A stretch of DNA of 64,000 nt, from contig JAQFVV010000007.1 of assembly GCA_028023455.1 (NCBI GenBank), positions 2,232,001 to 2,296,000 on the forward strand, given 5' to 3'. The notes under the pieces were generated by a model that was not told the DNA's origin, searched no databases, and saw only the letters and a list, made by a program, of their open reading frames with translations. Positions within the stretch are counted from its first letter, which is position 1; each line of letters starts with the position of its first letter. Source of the stretch: Epiperipatus broadwayi (Eukaryota > Animalia > Onychophora). The position numbers were made by a program, and so were the translations under genes. Of the stretch, positions 40,501-51,900 are shown piece by piece.

Positions 40501-42689
40501 ATTTTCTATCATTAGTGATGAAAATATTGTATATGTTTTTCTTTTAAAAAAATTTCCAAAGTATATATACTATAATAATTTTATTCATGAGCCATAAAAA
40601 CTGAATATAAAATCCCGATAATGTTAATATTAAAAAAATCAAACAAAAGCCCTCAAAAATTGATAAAAGTCTGAGCATTAACTATGAAATCATAAAATTG
40701 ATGAATAATATTGACTAAAATAAAAAATGTTACAATATGTTTTACTGTCTGATATAAAACAAATGTATAAGATTTTTACAGTATTTCAGCTGTGAGTACA
40801 GCATCAGACATTATTAATATGTTTTGTGAACTTATTTGAATTTAGTTTTTGTTACTGCAATTTGTTCAGCTTCTTTTTAAAATTCCTTTAATTATAAATT
40901 CACATATTACTTTTCTTCATGAGCCAGAAAAATCTGAAAAATTTATTGGAAGAGAAATCTGTAAAACTGTCAGTGATTTAAATTCTAAATGCATTATGAT
41001 TAAGTCAATTACTATATCATTTTAATTACTTTTTTGCACATATAATCCATCAGTTTGAATTGTCGATATTATATTTACAGAATCCAGAAAAAAACTTGCA
41101 TATTAGGCTTATATCTTTTATATCATGTAAATAATTTCTTGTAGTTTTTAACAACAAAAAAAAACATAACCATCTCACTTCTAGTATTTTTTTATTGAAT
41201 TTTTAGTGAAAGATTATTTTTTAAAAAATTTATATTGAAATAAAAAATATTCATTAATGTAAAAGGTTTTATAATAACTTTGAGTATCTATAATTTCATA
41301 TTCTATATTTTTTAAGCCTATAATCAATTTAATTATCTTCATGAAAAACTACTTTTCATTATAAATAAACATTGAAAATATAATTATATTAGTTACATTT
41401 TTAAATATTAATTTGTAAAGGAATAATATGAACAATAGGTATGTTTCTTCTCTTAACATTTAAGATTTAGGTAGATGGTGGCTTCACTTTCAACATTTTA
41501 TGACTTCAGAAAGAAAAAAACATCGACAAATGGATCTTCTCTATTCATACATATTACAATGATTTAGCCAGCTGTTGAGAGTAGCCTGGCACATTTTTTT
41601 ATATGACCTTGTAGAAAAAATTATTTTATAGTAAACTGATCCTTTTAACTTTGACAAATTTAAAATAATTTTGTTCACAAAGTCATCTTTTTCCCCATTG
41701 AGTTGGTTATTCTCTTTATTTCTCTTTTTAATCTCTTTAACTAAAAAAAAATATAGCCTACATTGTCTAAAAAATATAATCAGATGATATTTCAAAATAA
41801 AAAATATTATTCCTTCTTTTCAGGAATTTGTTGATTCTAAATTGCCAATGTGGATCTTGTACCAAAAAAAATACAGTACAATACTGAACTGGATTCAGAT
41901 CTATATGAATACTTGGATTGAAAACATTATTGTTTTCAGTTTGAGCTGATAACTTTATAGTTAAGAAAAGAGTTAATTTCTGGAGGGGTACATTAGTTCC
42001 AAAAATGAAGGTGCACTGTTTCCAAATGCAAGGCTGATCATTGATCAAATCCATAAGCTAGAAACTAGTTTGGAGATATTGAGTGGGAAAGCACTGTATA
42101 AGGATTATCGTGGACAACCTTCTAGAATCTATTGATTACTGCAGAGATTGCATTAGGTGGCACTATTGTGGAAAAAAATTGTTATTATTTTAACAGTTTT
42201 GTGTAAGCATTAACAAAAAAGATCATGCAATGATTTTTTATAATTATTATATTTTACTAGCTTTTTTTTGTTTTCTATCATATGTCTGTTTTTTGTAGCA
42301 TTCAATATTTATTTTATTTTCATGATTTATTATTAAGTTATTATAAAAATTATATCTTTAACAGATGCATAAAAAATTCAATATGGCATTTCTCCACAAT
42401 AAAAAAATTATATAAACAATAAAATAAAAAGTAAACAAATAAGTCAATTTTAGCTTGAGAATTTTTCATTACAGGTGTGCATAAGCCTGTGCAGTGTATT
42501 AAGATACATATTGAAACATAGTGCATTAAAGGACTGCCCATCCCTTACATATGTATGTAAAATGAATTATTTTCCTGTATGTGAGGGATTAGAATGACTA
42601 ACATCAACTTGGGTAGAATGACAACCTTGGCACTTACAGGGGCTTTGAACATTTCATCATCAGATTTTCAATGAAATGGATGGCTGAAG

Positions 42690-42930
42690 AGTTGTGGGTT
42701 GGAGTAGTTTGAAGCCTGTCCATTAAAGTATGAAGATTGCCTATCTTAATATAAATCTGAGCACTGATTGTGTATATATATATGGAGGTGGTAATCTGGC
42801 AACTGATGAGTGCTGGTTTAGCACGAAATACATATATTGGTGATTATTTATTTTTTCAACATGTGTGTGATCAGGTGGGTCAACAATATGAGATGACATG
42901 GAAAGTTGAGGGTCATGTGAAAGTCTGAGT
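42690..42930 (+). mobile_element. Family B copy
   Basis: It is homologous to 22612-22860 (gaagcc..cattaaagtat.aagatt.cctatcttaatata...HHR...gtgaaagtc). Confidence 0.8.
42791..42847 (+). ncRNA. Type I hammerhead ribozyme with an intact catalytic core (family B)
   Basis: The sequence is GTAATC TGG CAA CTGATGA GTGCT GGTTT AGCAC GAAA TACATAT A TTG GT GATTAT. It has a perfect CUGAUGA/GAAA core, a 5-bp stem II closed by G-C, an AUA cleavage triplet (after 42836) and a bulged stem I. Confidence 0.8.
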
Positions 42931-43399
42931 TTGAGTCCCTTATATATTGTAAGGTTATGTAACTAATGAAAACTGTTTTGCTAATGTGAATTAATCAAAA
43001 GCAAATGGCAAGAGGTAGCTTGAATAACCAATCATTTGTGAAAAGATTAGCAAGTGCTTCAGAATTTTTGCTATGCCTATTAATACAAATATTGTTACTG
43101 AGAAGAAATGTATTGCAGTAAAGTACAATTCACTGCATTTAGAGAAAAAACTGAATTCCATAGTATTGCAAGGCATGGTAAAATTATAGTGAAAATGAGA
43201 AGTAAATTTTTTTATTAATTGGATTATGAAATCATTGTATAATTTATAAAAATATAAATTTCTCAAATTTCAAATAATTCCTAAGATATATCCATTATAT
43301 TGAATAGTAATAATATGAATAAGAATTTAATGGTATGTATATATTTAGTTTATGTTTATTACATAAAGAAAATAGGAATAATTAATAAAATTATTTTTT

Positions 43400-43738
43400 A
43401 AAACAGGCAAAAACTCACTATACATATTGCCACACTGCAAGCTAGAGTAATCAATGGATGCCAGAAGATTTGTGCATAAAATCCCCATCTAGTTTCTACT
43501 CATCCAATATCCCCAGACTAGTTTTTGGCTTGTGGCCTTCATTAGTGAGGAATCTTGGATCTGAGAGCACTGCACCTAGATCTTAGGATCTAATGCAACC
43601 CTCCAGCAGCCACCTTTTATCTCTACTTAACTACAAAACTATCTTGCAGTGTGGCAATACATATAGTGACTTTTTGCCTGTTTTAATAACAGTTATAAGC
43701 AAGCATAAGAAATGATGATCATGTGATGTTTATTGGCT
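43400..43738. mobile_element. Family C element with 44-bp inverted arms and a 14-bp TSD
   Basis: TAAAATTATTTTTT occurs at 43386-43399 and 43739-43752. The arms are 43398-43441 / 43643-43686. The C core lies between them and the tail follows. Confidence 0.8.
43511..43550 (-). ncRNA. Degenerate hammerhead (family C)
   Basis: The minus strand reads CCTCA CTAATGA AGGC CACAA GCCA AAAA CTAG TC TGGGG. G5 and G12 are mutated. The consensus with the 12548 copy restores CTGATGA and GAAA. Confidence 0.5.
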
Positions 43739-45075
43739 TAAAATTATTTTTTGAGAGTGATAGTAAATTTATTTCGAGTTTTTAATCCCTCTTTAAGATT
43801 ATTTATATTAAGAATAAATTGAGTTTCAATAATTATTGGTGCATTAATAATTTCCATAATATATTGAATATAACCTTGTTGAAGGATAATAATATTGAGA
43901 TTATTATTTAGGTTTTAAATAAAGAATTTAAATACTTTTAGAAGGAGGAATATAAAATGAATAACATTAATTTTTATTATAACTATTTTTATAATTATAT
44001 TAAATAATAGGTTAGGGTTAACATTGTCTTGTAAGAAAGCAAAAGTTTTGAAAGCAACAATTTATGAATATTTTCCTTTTTGTTATTATTTGTAATAAAT
44101 TAGCAAAATGTTTTTTACGTCAGTAGTTGAAAAGGTCTTATTATTTTCCTTTTTTTTTTCTGGCTAGTTTTAATTTTATATTTTTAAAAGGTAAATTGTA
44201 ATTTTCATTAAAATATAAATTTAGTATGCAGTGATTAGTTTTATATGTATTTTTACATTTGGGTTTTTAATTTTTTTCTGCTTAAATGGTAATTTTGGAT
44301 AATGTGAATTTTGTTCATGGATCCGGAATAGATTTATTCTAAATGTAAATTAATGATGTAATAACTGGTATTCTGGAAATAGTTATTTGATTCCACTATA
44401 CTTTTGTTTCTTCAGTAAAGTTTTTGTATAATTTATTTATTCGTATCCATAACTAAATTATAAGCAATCAATTCATATATGTATATATTTATTGTTGTCA
44501 ATTTTTTAATTTTCTTTGATTGAACATCTTGATTATACTAAAGATAACTATAATCTCTTGTTTTTTATTGCTGGAGTCAGTAACTAAAAGTTGAATGTGT
44601 GTGTATATGTGCTTGAGTAGTTGCGCACTGCAGTTACTGTTTTCCTATCAAAATCTAATAAGTCTGGTAGTATTAATTATAAAAGATAAATATGTATTAA
44701 TCCCATTATACTTTCAAAAATTAAACTTTATTTACACATTAGAGTGGATACAAAAGCAATCAATGATAGGATAACATTGTCTATAAGAAATAATATTAAA
44801 AGCTCAAGGATAAGTTTGATGATAGTGGAATTACTTGATTTATCTAAGGCTAAATTTACTGCATATATGTTATTATATGAATTGAATTCTAACATAAAAT
44901 CTCATCATCACTCCACACTATGAAAATTTATTGATAGCGTTTTTACAAATTGGTGTTTGCAAAACCATAAAACAATACAATACTAGATTATATCCAAAAT
45001 TTTACCAAAATTCTTATACAACCATGGTTTCATCTACTACAAATAGACCTTCTCAAGTGAAAATCAAACTAAAGG

Positions 45076-45077
<2 letters not shown>

Positions 45078-45124
<47 letters not shown>
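45078..45124. repeat. (TA)n microsatellite
   Basis: Uninterrupted TA run. Confidence 0.95.
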
Positions 45125-45126
<2 letters not shown>

Positions 45127-45949
45127 AACAAACAAACCTTCCCATAATTCATTTCAAACCCCACCTACCCTTAACATCAAAAGAAGTCTTCATAAGATTA
45201 ATATATATATATGGTAAAATACATACATTTTTTCAATATGTTACTTATACAATTTAAAAATTTTTTAAATATTAAAGTAAAATTACATTTAATATATTCG
45301 GAGATTCTGTTGATAATGAGCTTTGTGAGCAGCTCTTTATAAAAGAGTTCAATCAAAAGAAAAATACATAACCAGAGAGTCTAATTCCAAAATATACTTA
45401 AAATTCTAATTTTTTTAATTATATATTTTAATTTTGATAATTGAGATAATAAAAATAAATAAATGAGAAAAAAAAACAAAGCAATTGAAAACATTGCTAT
45501 AAAATTGTTTAATTAAAACTCTGCCTTTACAAATTATCAACATGTGAATAATTTTGGTATCAGTTTTGAATGTATGTCACAATGAAAATAAGCATAAAAA
45601 GTATTTATCATTATGAGCATAAAATTGAAACAATGAAAAAGAATAGACAAGTGAAAAAGAGAATGTATGATTGGTGCTAACCATAAAGGTGCTATGAGTT
45701 TCTGCTTGCATACCTGCATTACTAGATTAGATATGATTATGAAAAGCTAATAAATAGTAACATGCTTCCTAAAAATGGATTATAAGATAAACTTGATTGA
45801 GATTTTTTATGAGAGACAGATTTCATTGCCCTTATAAAGATAATATCAATGAGATTTTAAAGATACATATGAAGGATATGTCTGAAAATAAAATATAATG
45901 AAGGGTTATAATTAGGCAAATATTGAAGTGGCTGCTAATGCTGTTGTTC

Positions 45950-45952
<3 letters not shown>

Positions 45953-45989
<37 letters not shown>
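45953..45989. repeat. (TA)n microsatellite
   Basis: Uninterrupted TA run abutting the family A element. Confidence 0.95.
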
Positions 45990-45991
<2 letters not shown>

Positions 45992-46049
45992 CAACGAAAA
46001 TCAAGTCATACATCACATGACTTGATCTGGTATTTTTTAAATCTAATGC

Positions 46050-46117
46050 CTGAATATCCTAGTACCTCATTGACAACAACCAAAGTTAGAAAACGGTCTG
46101 AGGATAGGGATATTCAG
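46050..46117 (+). ncRNA. Degenerate hammerhead with an extended stem I (family A, copy 1)
   Basis: The sequence is CTGAATATCC TAGTA CCTCA TTGACAA CAACCAAAGTTA GAAAACGG TC TGAGG ATAG GGATATTCAG. CCTCA/TGAGG and CTGAATATCC/GGATATTCAG pair. The core has decayed. Confidence 0.55.
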
Positions 46118-46425
46118 AAAGTTTGTTAAAAGCTATTAGCATGTTCATTATATAACATTTGTAGTAGAAGCTTATTAAATTAAATCACGTGATATATGAC
46201 TTGATTTCTTTGCAATTATTATTTTGCTCTTGAGTCTTTGGTAGTTTATATTGCTAAAACTATTAATATATGTTGTATCTGAAATTAGTTCAGTCCCATA
46301 TAGCTATTTAAGTTAGATAGCTGGATGTGAAGACATATGGATGTCTGAAAAATTCAGATTTTGTACTTAATAGTTAACTATTAGATAAATGCCGAGACTT
46401 GGCCTGGTATTTTTAAATTTAATGT

Positions 46426-46490
46426 CTGAATATCCTAGTATCTCACTGATGGCAGCCAGAGATAGAAACTGGTTTGAGGATAGGGATATT
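46426..46490 (+). ncRNA. Degenerate hammerhead (family A, copy 2)
   Basis: The core reads TCTCA CTGATGG CAGCCAGAGATA GAAAC TGG TT TGAGG. The two-copy consensus is CCTCA CTGATGA...GAAACCGGTC TGAGG. Confidence 0.55.
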
Positions 46491-46833
46491 TGGAAAAGCT
46501 TGTTAAGAGCTATTGGCATGCTCATTACATAACATATATGTATTAGACTAAAATCCATTTTAATAATGTTGATGATCATGAACCAAACATCTCTATCATA
46601 TATTTAAGCATATCCCATAAGAATAACTATATTTTACAAAACCCTATTTGGCTGTATTGAATCATATTGACATTAATGAAGAGGATTAAACCATTAGTCA
46701 GTTATATTTCCTGACCACTTTATATCAAAACAATACCCACATGGGAAAGAAAAAATCTCTTGTATTTCAAAAGCATTTTATGGGGTATAGATTCTCTTAT
46801 AGGAATTCTTCCCAGTATTCAACTATTAAATGA

Positions 46834-46990
46834 AAGTGATGATTGTTGGTTAGCATGAAATACGTATATTGGTGATTATTTATCTTTTCAACATATATGT
46901 GTTCAAGTGTTTCAGTGTTTAGAGATAGTGTGAAGAGTGGTGGGTCATGTAAAAGTCTGTGCTCATATACCCTATATATTACATATATAG
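46834..46990 (+). mobile_element. 5'-truncated family B copy with a hammerhead remnant
   Basis: It reads GTGATGA TTGTT GGTT AGCAT GAAA TACGTAT A TTGGTGATTAT, followed by the same tail as 22775-22862. Stem III here is the perfect palindrome ATACGTAT. Confidence 0.8.
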
Positions 46991-47008
46991 ACACAGGTAT
47001 ATATATAT

Positions 47009-47144
47009 AAAATATACAAACCATTATACAATTATAAATATCCAGTAACGCCCTTTGTTTAAAGATTTGCTATTATTGAGATATAGATCTTTAAACAAAG
47101 GGCGTTACTGGATATTTGTAATTGTATAATGGTTTGTATATTTT
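47009..47144. repeat. Inverted repeat (58-bp arms, 20-nt loop)
   Basis: 47009-47066 versus 47087-47144 has 1 mismatch. Confidence 0.9.
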
Positions 47145-48430
47145 CTATAATTATTTCAGTTAGTGTTAACAGTAACTTTCTTTATATATATATATATAAG
47201 CCTGTGTGTTTCAGTTATTATGTTGGCATAGGTAATTTATACATTTCTCAAAATATTTTTTCAATAATAAAATCTTAACAAACTAAAATTAAGAATGTAA
47301 ATGAAAGGGTTATAAGTTTTATTTTAAAAAATAAACTAAAACATCAGACAATAATTGTGATGTATTAATAAAATGGAAGGAACATACACACACACATCCA
47401 CATAATAATGTTAATCAAATAATTAACACTATATTATAATTTTCTTCTTAAATTTTCTCTAGGAATCAATCGATGAGATAGATTTGAAGAATTGGAAAAA
47501 TGAATATCTCTTTAGTAATATGGTAAACTTATAGTTAGGATTTAGTTTGTGCATGTATTTAATCAGGTACAATTTATTGTATGACTAATATCTTACTAGT
47601 AAGTTCCTTGGGTTTGTGTAGATCATTGACTATAATATCATGCATGATCTGTTAATGAAGGGTTCCATCATAGTTAACTTTGGTTCCATTCTGGCAAAAT
47701 TTTTATATTTCTAGTCTGTAGTAAGGTAAGTCTAGACTTTAAGCTTTTAGGTGACCTTTTTGTGAGTGAAAGTATCAGAAAATACTCTGGTTTTTACTCA
47801 TGCATGATGAAGTGATGCAACATATAAGTAGTCTTGAATGGAGGCATTTTATTATGGTTGTGAGGATAAAAAACCACAATTACTCCCTCTTGTCCTCTAA
47901 CTCCATCAAGGACCCAACCACCACCCAAAGACCCAGCTCTGAAGTTGTCCCCTTATTTCATATCATGACTAGTTTTGAGATTTCTGCACATATATTTTCA
48001 TCTTTTGTTTTTTTATCAGAATACAAGTTGATAAATCTTGTACATTTCTTTTTACTTTCCAACTACAAAGTTCTTTTTCTATAAATTCCTTCAGTTCCAT
48101 ATTTAATTATTATTAGAAGGATATTATTCTAATGGTCATCACTTGCATTGGGAATTTCTTTCTTCTGTTTTCTGAATTAACAATCTGTATGTATTTTTAT
48201 TTCTTTCAATTTTAACTTTATTTCAATTAAATGGATAATCCCAACACACAACTAATTTTCATTGTATGTATGTAAAAAATAATTACACTAAGAAACAAAA
48301 TTAAATAGTGTTTATTGAACTATTTATATTTTTTATTTCTTTTAGCTTTTAAATATTGCCAAATTCCAACACTCTTGTACCATATATATATATATGTTAA
48401 AACGAAGATTTGCATGGGTTAAATATATAA

Positions 48431-48963
48431 AATACATATTTTGCGGGTTCATCCATGTTAAAAACTTTTAATATCAATATACTGACGTTTCGACTTGGTC
48501 ACACAAGCCATCCACAGAGTTATAAAAAGGTAGAAAGACGGTTGTAGAGGCGCTACAATCACTGGTTTGAATAAAACATTAAAAATCCCACCAATAGCAA
48601 AAATGTTAAATTTAAGAATGTTTTTTAAAGAAATCTTTCCAAATAGGAGATGTGATAATCTCTACCAATGCAAAATCAGAGAAGCCATTGAGATACTTAA
48701 AAGGCCAGATTGTATCAATAAGCGAGATGATATGTGCAAACTTCCTCCTATTTGGAAAGATTTCTTTAAAAAACATTCTTAAATTTAACATTTTTGCTAT
48801 TGGTGGGATTTTTAATGTTTTATTCAAACCAGTGATTGTAGCGCCTCTACAACCATCTTTCTACCTTTTTATAACTCTGTGGATGGCTTGTGTGACCAAG
48901 TCGAAACGTCAGTATATTGATATTAAAAGTTTTTAACACGGATGAACCCGCAAAATATGTATT
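48431..48963 (+). mobile_element. Penelope-like 3' end with an inverted pseudo-LTR (219-bp arms)
   Basis: 48431-48649 versus 48745-48963 gives 217/219 matches. The spacer and right arm encode LYQCKIREAIEILKRPDCINKRDDMCKLPPIWKDF, typical of the end of a PLE GIY-YIG ORF. Confidence 0.85.
48871..48917 (+). ncRNA. Minimal Penelope-type hammerhead (mirror copy at 48477-48523, minus strand)
   Basis: The sequence is ATAACT CTGTGGA T GGCTTG TGTGAC CAAGTC GAAAC GTC AGTATA. It has a 6-bp stem II, a palindromic ACGT stem III and a GTC triplet. A6 is replaced by U. Confidence 0.6.
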
Positions 48964-51900
48964 ATATATATATATGATAAATAGACCATAAACAATACGT
49001 ATGACCTAATTACATGTACAACAGATTATCAGTTGACATTAATTCCATATTTAAATATGCAATTGTCTATTAATCTCCAATTATTTAATACCAAATACAA
49101 AATGCATATATTTGTATAACACAACTATGTTGTGGAATGTTTATACTTTCAAGATATAAGTGAGTTTGATATATACATTTTCTTCTATACTTTATATAAT
49201 ATATATGATTAATTTATATATATATACAAAGATGAATCTAGTTATTTCTTAACATACATTTAAGAGAACAAAGTAAAGTGAATATTTATTGCAATAAAGT
49301 CTTTTATGAACTTATAATATAAGTGATATACCTGAAATTAATTTAAAATCAATAAATAAAAAAGAAATATTTTTAAATATTAAAATAATTATTATTATGC
49401 CACAATGTATACATTTAAACTTAAGAAAATGTAACTCTCTTATATTTTGGTAGGTGAATAGATTACTATTTAACTTAAAATTATATACTATTATCAATAA
49501 AAACTGTACATTTTTAAATGAAGAGAAACAAAAAAAATATATAGCAATAGTAATGATAAATATAAACAAATGACCTGAATGATAGTCTTTAAATACTGTA
49601 TTTTCAAAATAGCATTACAGATCTGATGTCTATTTCAAACTACAAACTAATAGTATGTCCTTGTTTTAGAGAAGATATAATATACTTGTGAAAACTTTTA
49701 CATCCAAAGTACATTTTATTGATTTTGATGTTTAATATATATATCAAAATTATTCTTTCAAATAATTATTTTGTTTATGTATTGTTACACATAGAAGTAT
49801 TAGTTTATATTCATGATGATATGAAGAGACATCCTTTCATGAATGAGTACTATTCCAAAATACTATGAATGAATAGATGGTAGCTTTATCTAGGATGATA
49901 TGATGGGAAATTAAACTGATTTATATCTTAAAGAAAATTGATCAATCAATCTAATAAAATTACCACAAGGATATAGATATGGCTCTTGTACACCATCTGA
50001 TGTTTGCATTCCATATTTAAAGTATATGTAACATCCATTCTAATGGAGAAAAATATTTTGATGGCTTATAATGTAATAAAGTAATTTTGATAATTTTTCA
50101 TTTTATAATAAATTGTCATTTTTCCATAAAATTTTCCCAACATCCTACCCAGTTCATCAGAAGATAATGTTGCTTTTTATTCCTCCATTTTGTACAGTTA
50201 ACTATATACTTGTTAAAGTAAATAAAATGAAAATCATATAAACAAATTCATACATGCTTCTGTTTAAAGCCAAAATGAGAGTGAGTTTAAACTATTCAGT
50301 TCTATTTATAAAAAACTTTCATTGACATTAGTGTATCTGCAGCAATTGTATTATATAACAAACAAAAATAAATATTTTAGAATTATTATATACAACAAAA
50401 ATTTGTTTCACAATACCAATACTATTTTATATTCTAACATAAATTAAACAATTTACACTACACCACTACATTATACTGAATATATATATATATTATAAAT
50501 ATCTTTCCAGTATTACAAAAATAAAAAAAACACCAAATGTATTTGAAATATTAAACATTTATTTGTATTGTTTATAATTCACATTTGTTAATGCTGTAAT
50601 GAAAACAAAAAAATATAACAAAAGAATAATAATATTATCCAAACTATATACTTTATTATTTACATATCCATTTTCCTGTTTGAAATGAATAAAGTCAATT
50701 TACAATCTTACAATACAATTAATAATAAACATTTTAAATCAATATTATTGTTGTCATAGTAACACATATCAATGCTTCATAAGTTAACATATCCTCCATC
50801 AAAATCAAACAAAAAAAATTATCTGACATTTTACCACATACTGATAATCATCTCACATTTTAGTAGGCACAATATATACATATTTTGAATTTTAATTAGT
50901 AGGTGACACTAGTTTAGATGTTAATCAAAGAACTTACAATCACCTGCACAAATATAATCTGTTTAAATACTTTTAGAAATATGTATTCAAGACCATGCCA
51001 AATGATCAATATCATATATATTAATAATACAACCACAAATTAATTTGGTAAATATATGAAATACCTCTAAAATTATAAACATGCAATTAATTAGTTCTAA
51101 TAAAATTTGTACTTTAAACTCTAGAGAATAATTGTGTAAATCATTGGTAAATCATGAGCATGTGCCAAAATATAACTTTAAAATAATGAGATGATATTTT
51201 AATTTTACATATTTATTTTATTAAAAGTGTTTATTTATTAGTTTATTTTAAAGTAACAATTTTTAAAATATTTTTGAGTAGTTTTTTTTTTTTATCTATC
51301 TCAAAGAAATCAGAGTTTCTTCATTGTAATTATTTATTTAAATTCACTATAAATCAAGACAAAAATAGATCTCGAAATTTATTTTTACTAAAAGTTTTTT
51401 TTATTATTTTAAATTGTAATTCTTAGAAAGTCATAGGTTGGGAGAATTAAAAAGTAAAGATTTTAAAAATTAACTCTATTGTTAAAACTTCAGATATTAA
51501 AAGTATTTTGTAATCTACTATGCTAATTGAACCAGAACTTTTTCCAATAATTAAAAAAAAGGAAAAGTGACCATAAAAGGACAAAAATCAGAACTGTAAA
51601 AATGTAGCTAAAAATAAAATGCTAGGTGTGAATCCAATTTGTAAAAAAAATATTTTATATAAAATACAGAGTTTCCTTTTGTTTACCTACTTGTACTTGT
51701 ATATTGAAAGTACCTTGGACAGAAATTAAAATATAATATTAAATAGTGGCTAGAAAATGTTTTCTGACTAAGAGACATCAGAACTTTTCCCTGGAGGACT
51801 TATGTCTCATAGCCAAACCTAAAGCTATCTGTGTGAACATCAAACAAGTGAATGGATGTATGAAGCTAGCCAAGGAGATCAAAAAGAAAAACAATTAAAC

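Larger units (their letters stand above)
45988..46545 (+). mobile_element. Family A: two tandem hammerhead-bearing units, the first bracketed by about 33-bp inverted arms
   Basis: The arms are 45988-46020 / 46185-46216. The units at about 46020-46160 and 46396-46540 are homologous, with cores 376 bp apart. Confidence 0.75.

Noticed and set aside
44931-46129. ORFs with YIYIYI repeats
   Set aside because: They are translations of (TA)n microsatellites.
48567-48827. Two genes with identical N-termini on opposite strands (ORF track)
   Set aside because: This is an artefact of the 219-bp inverted repeat.
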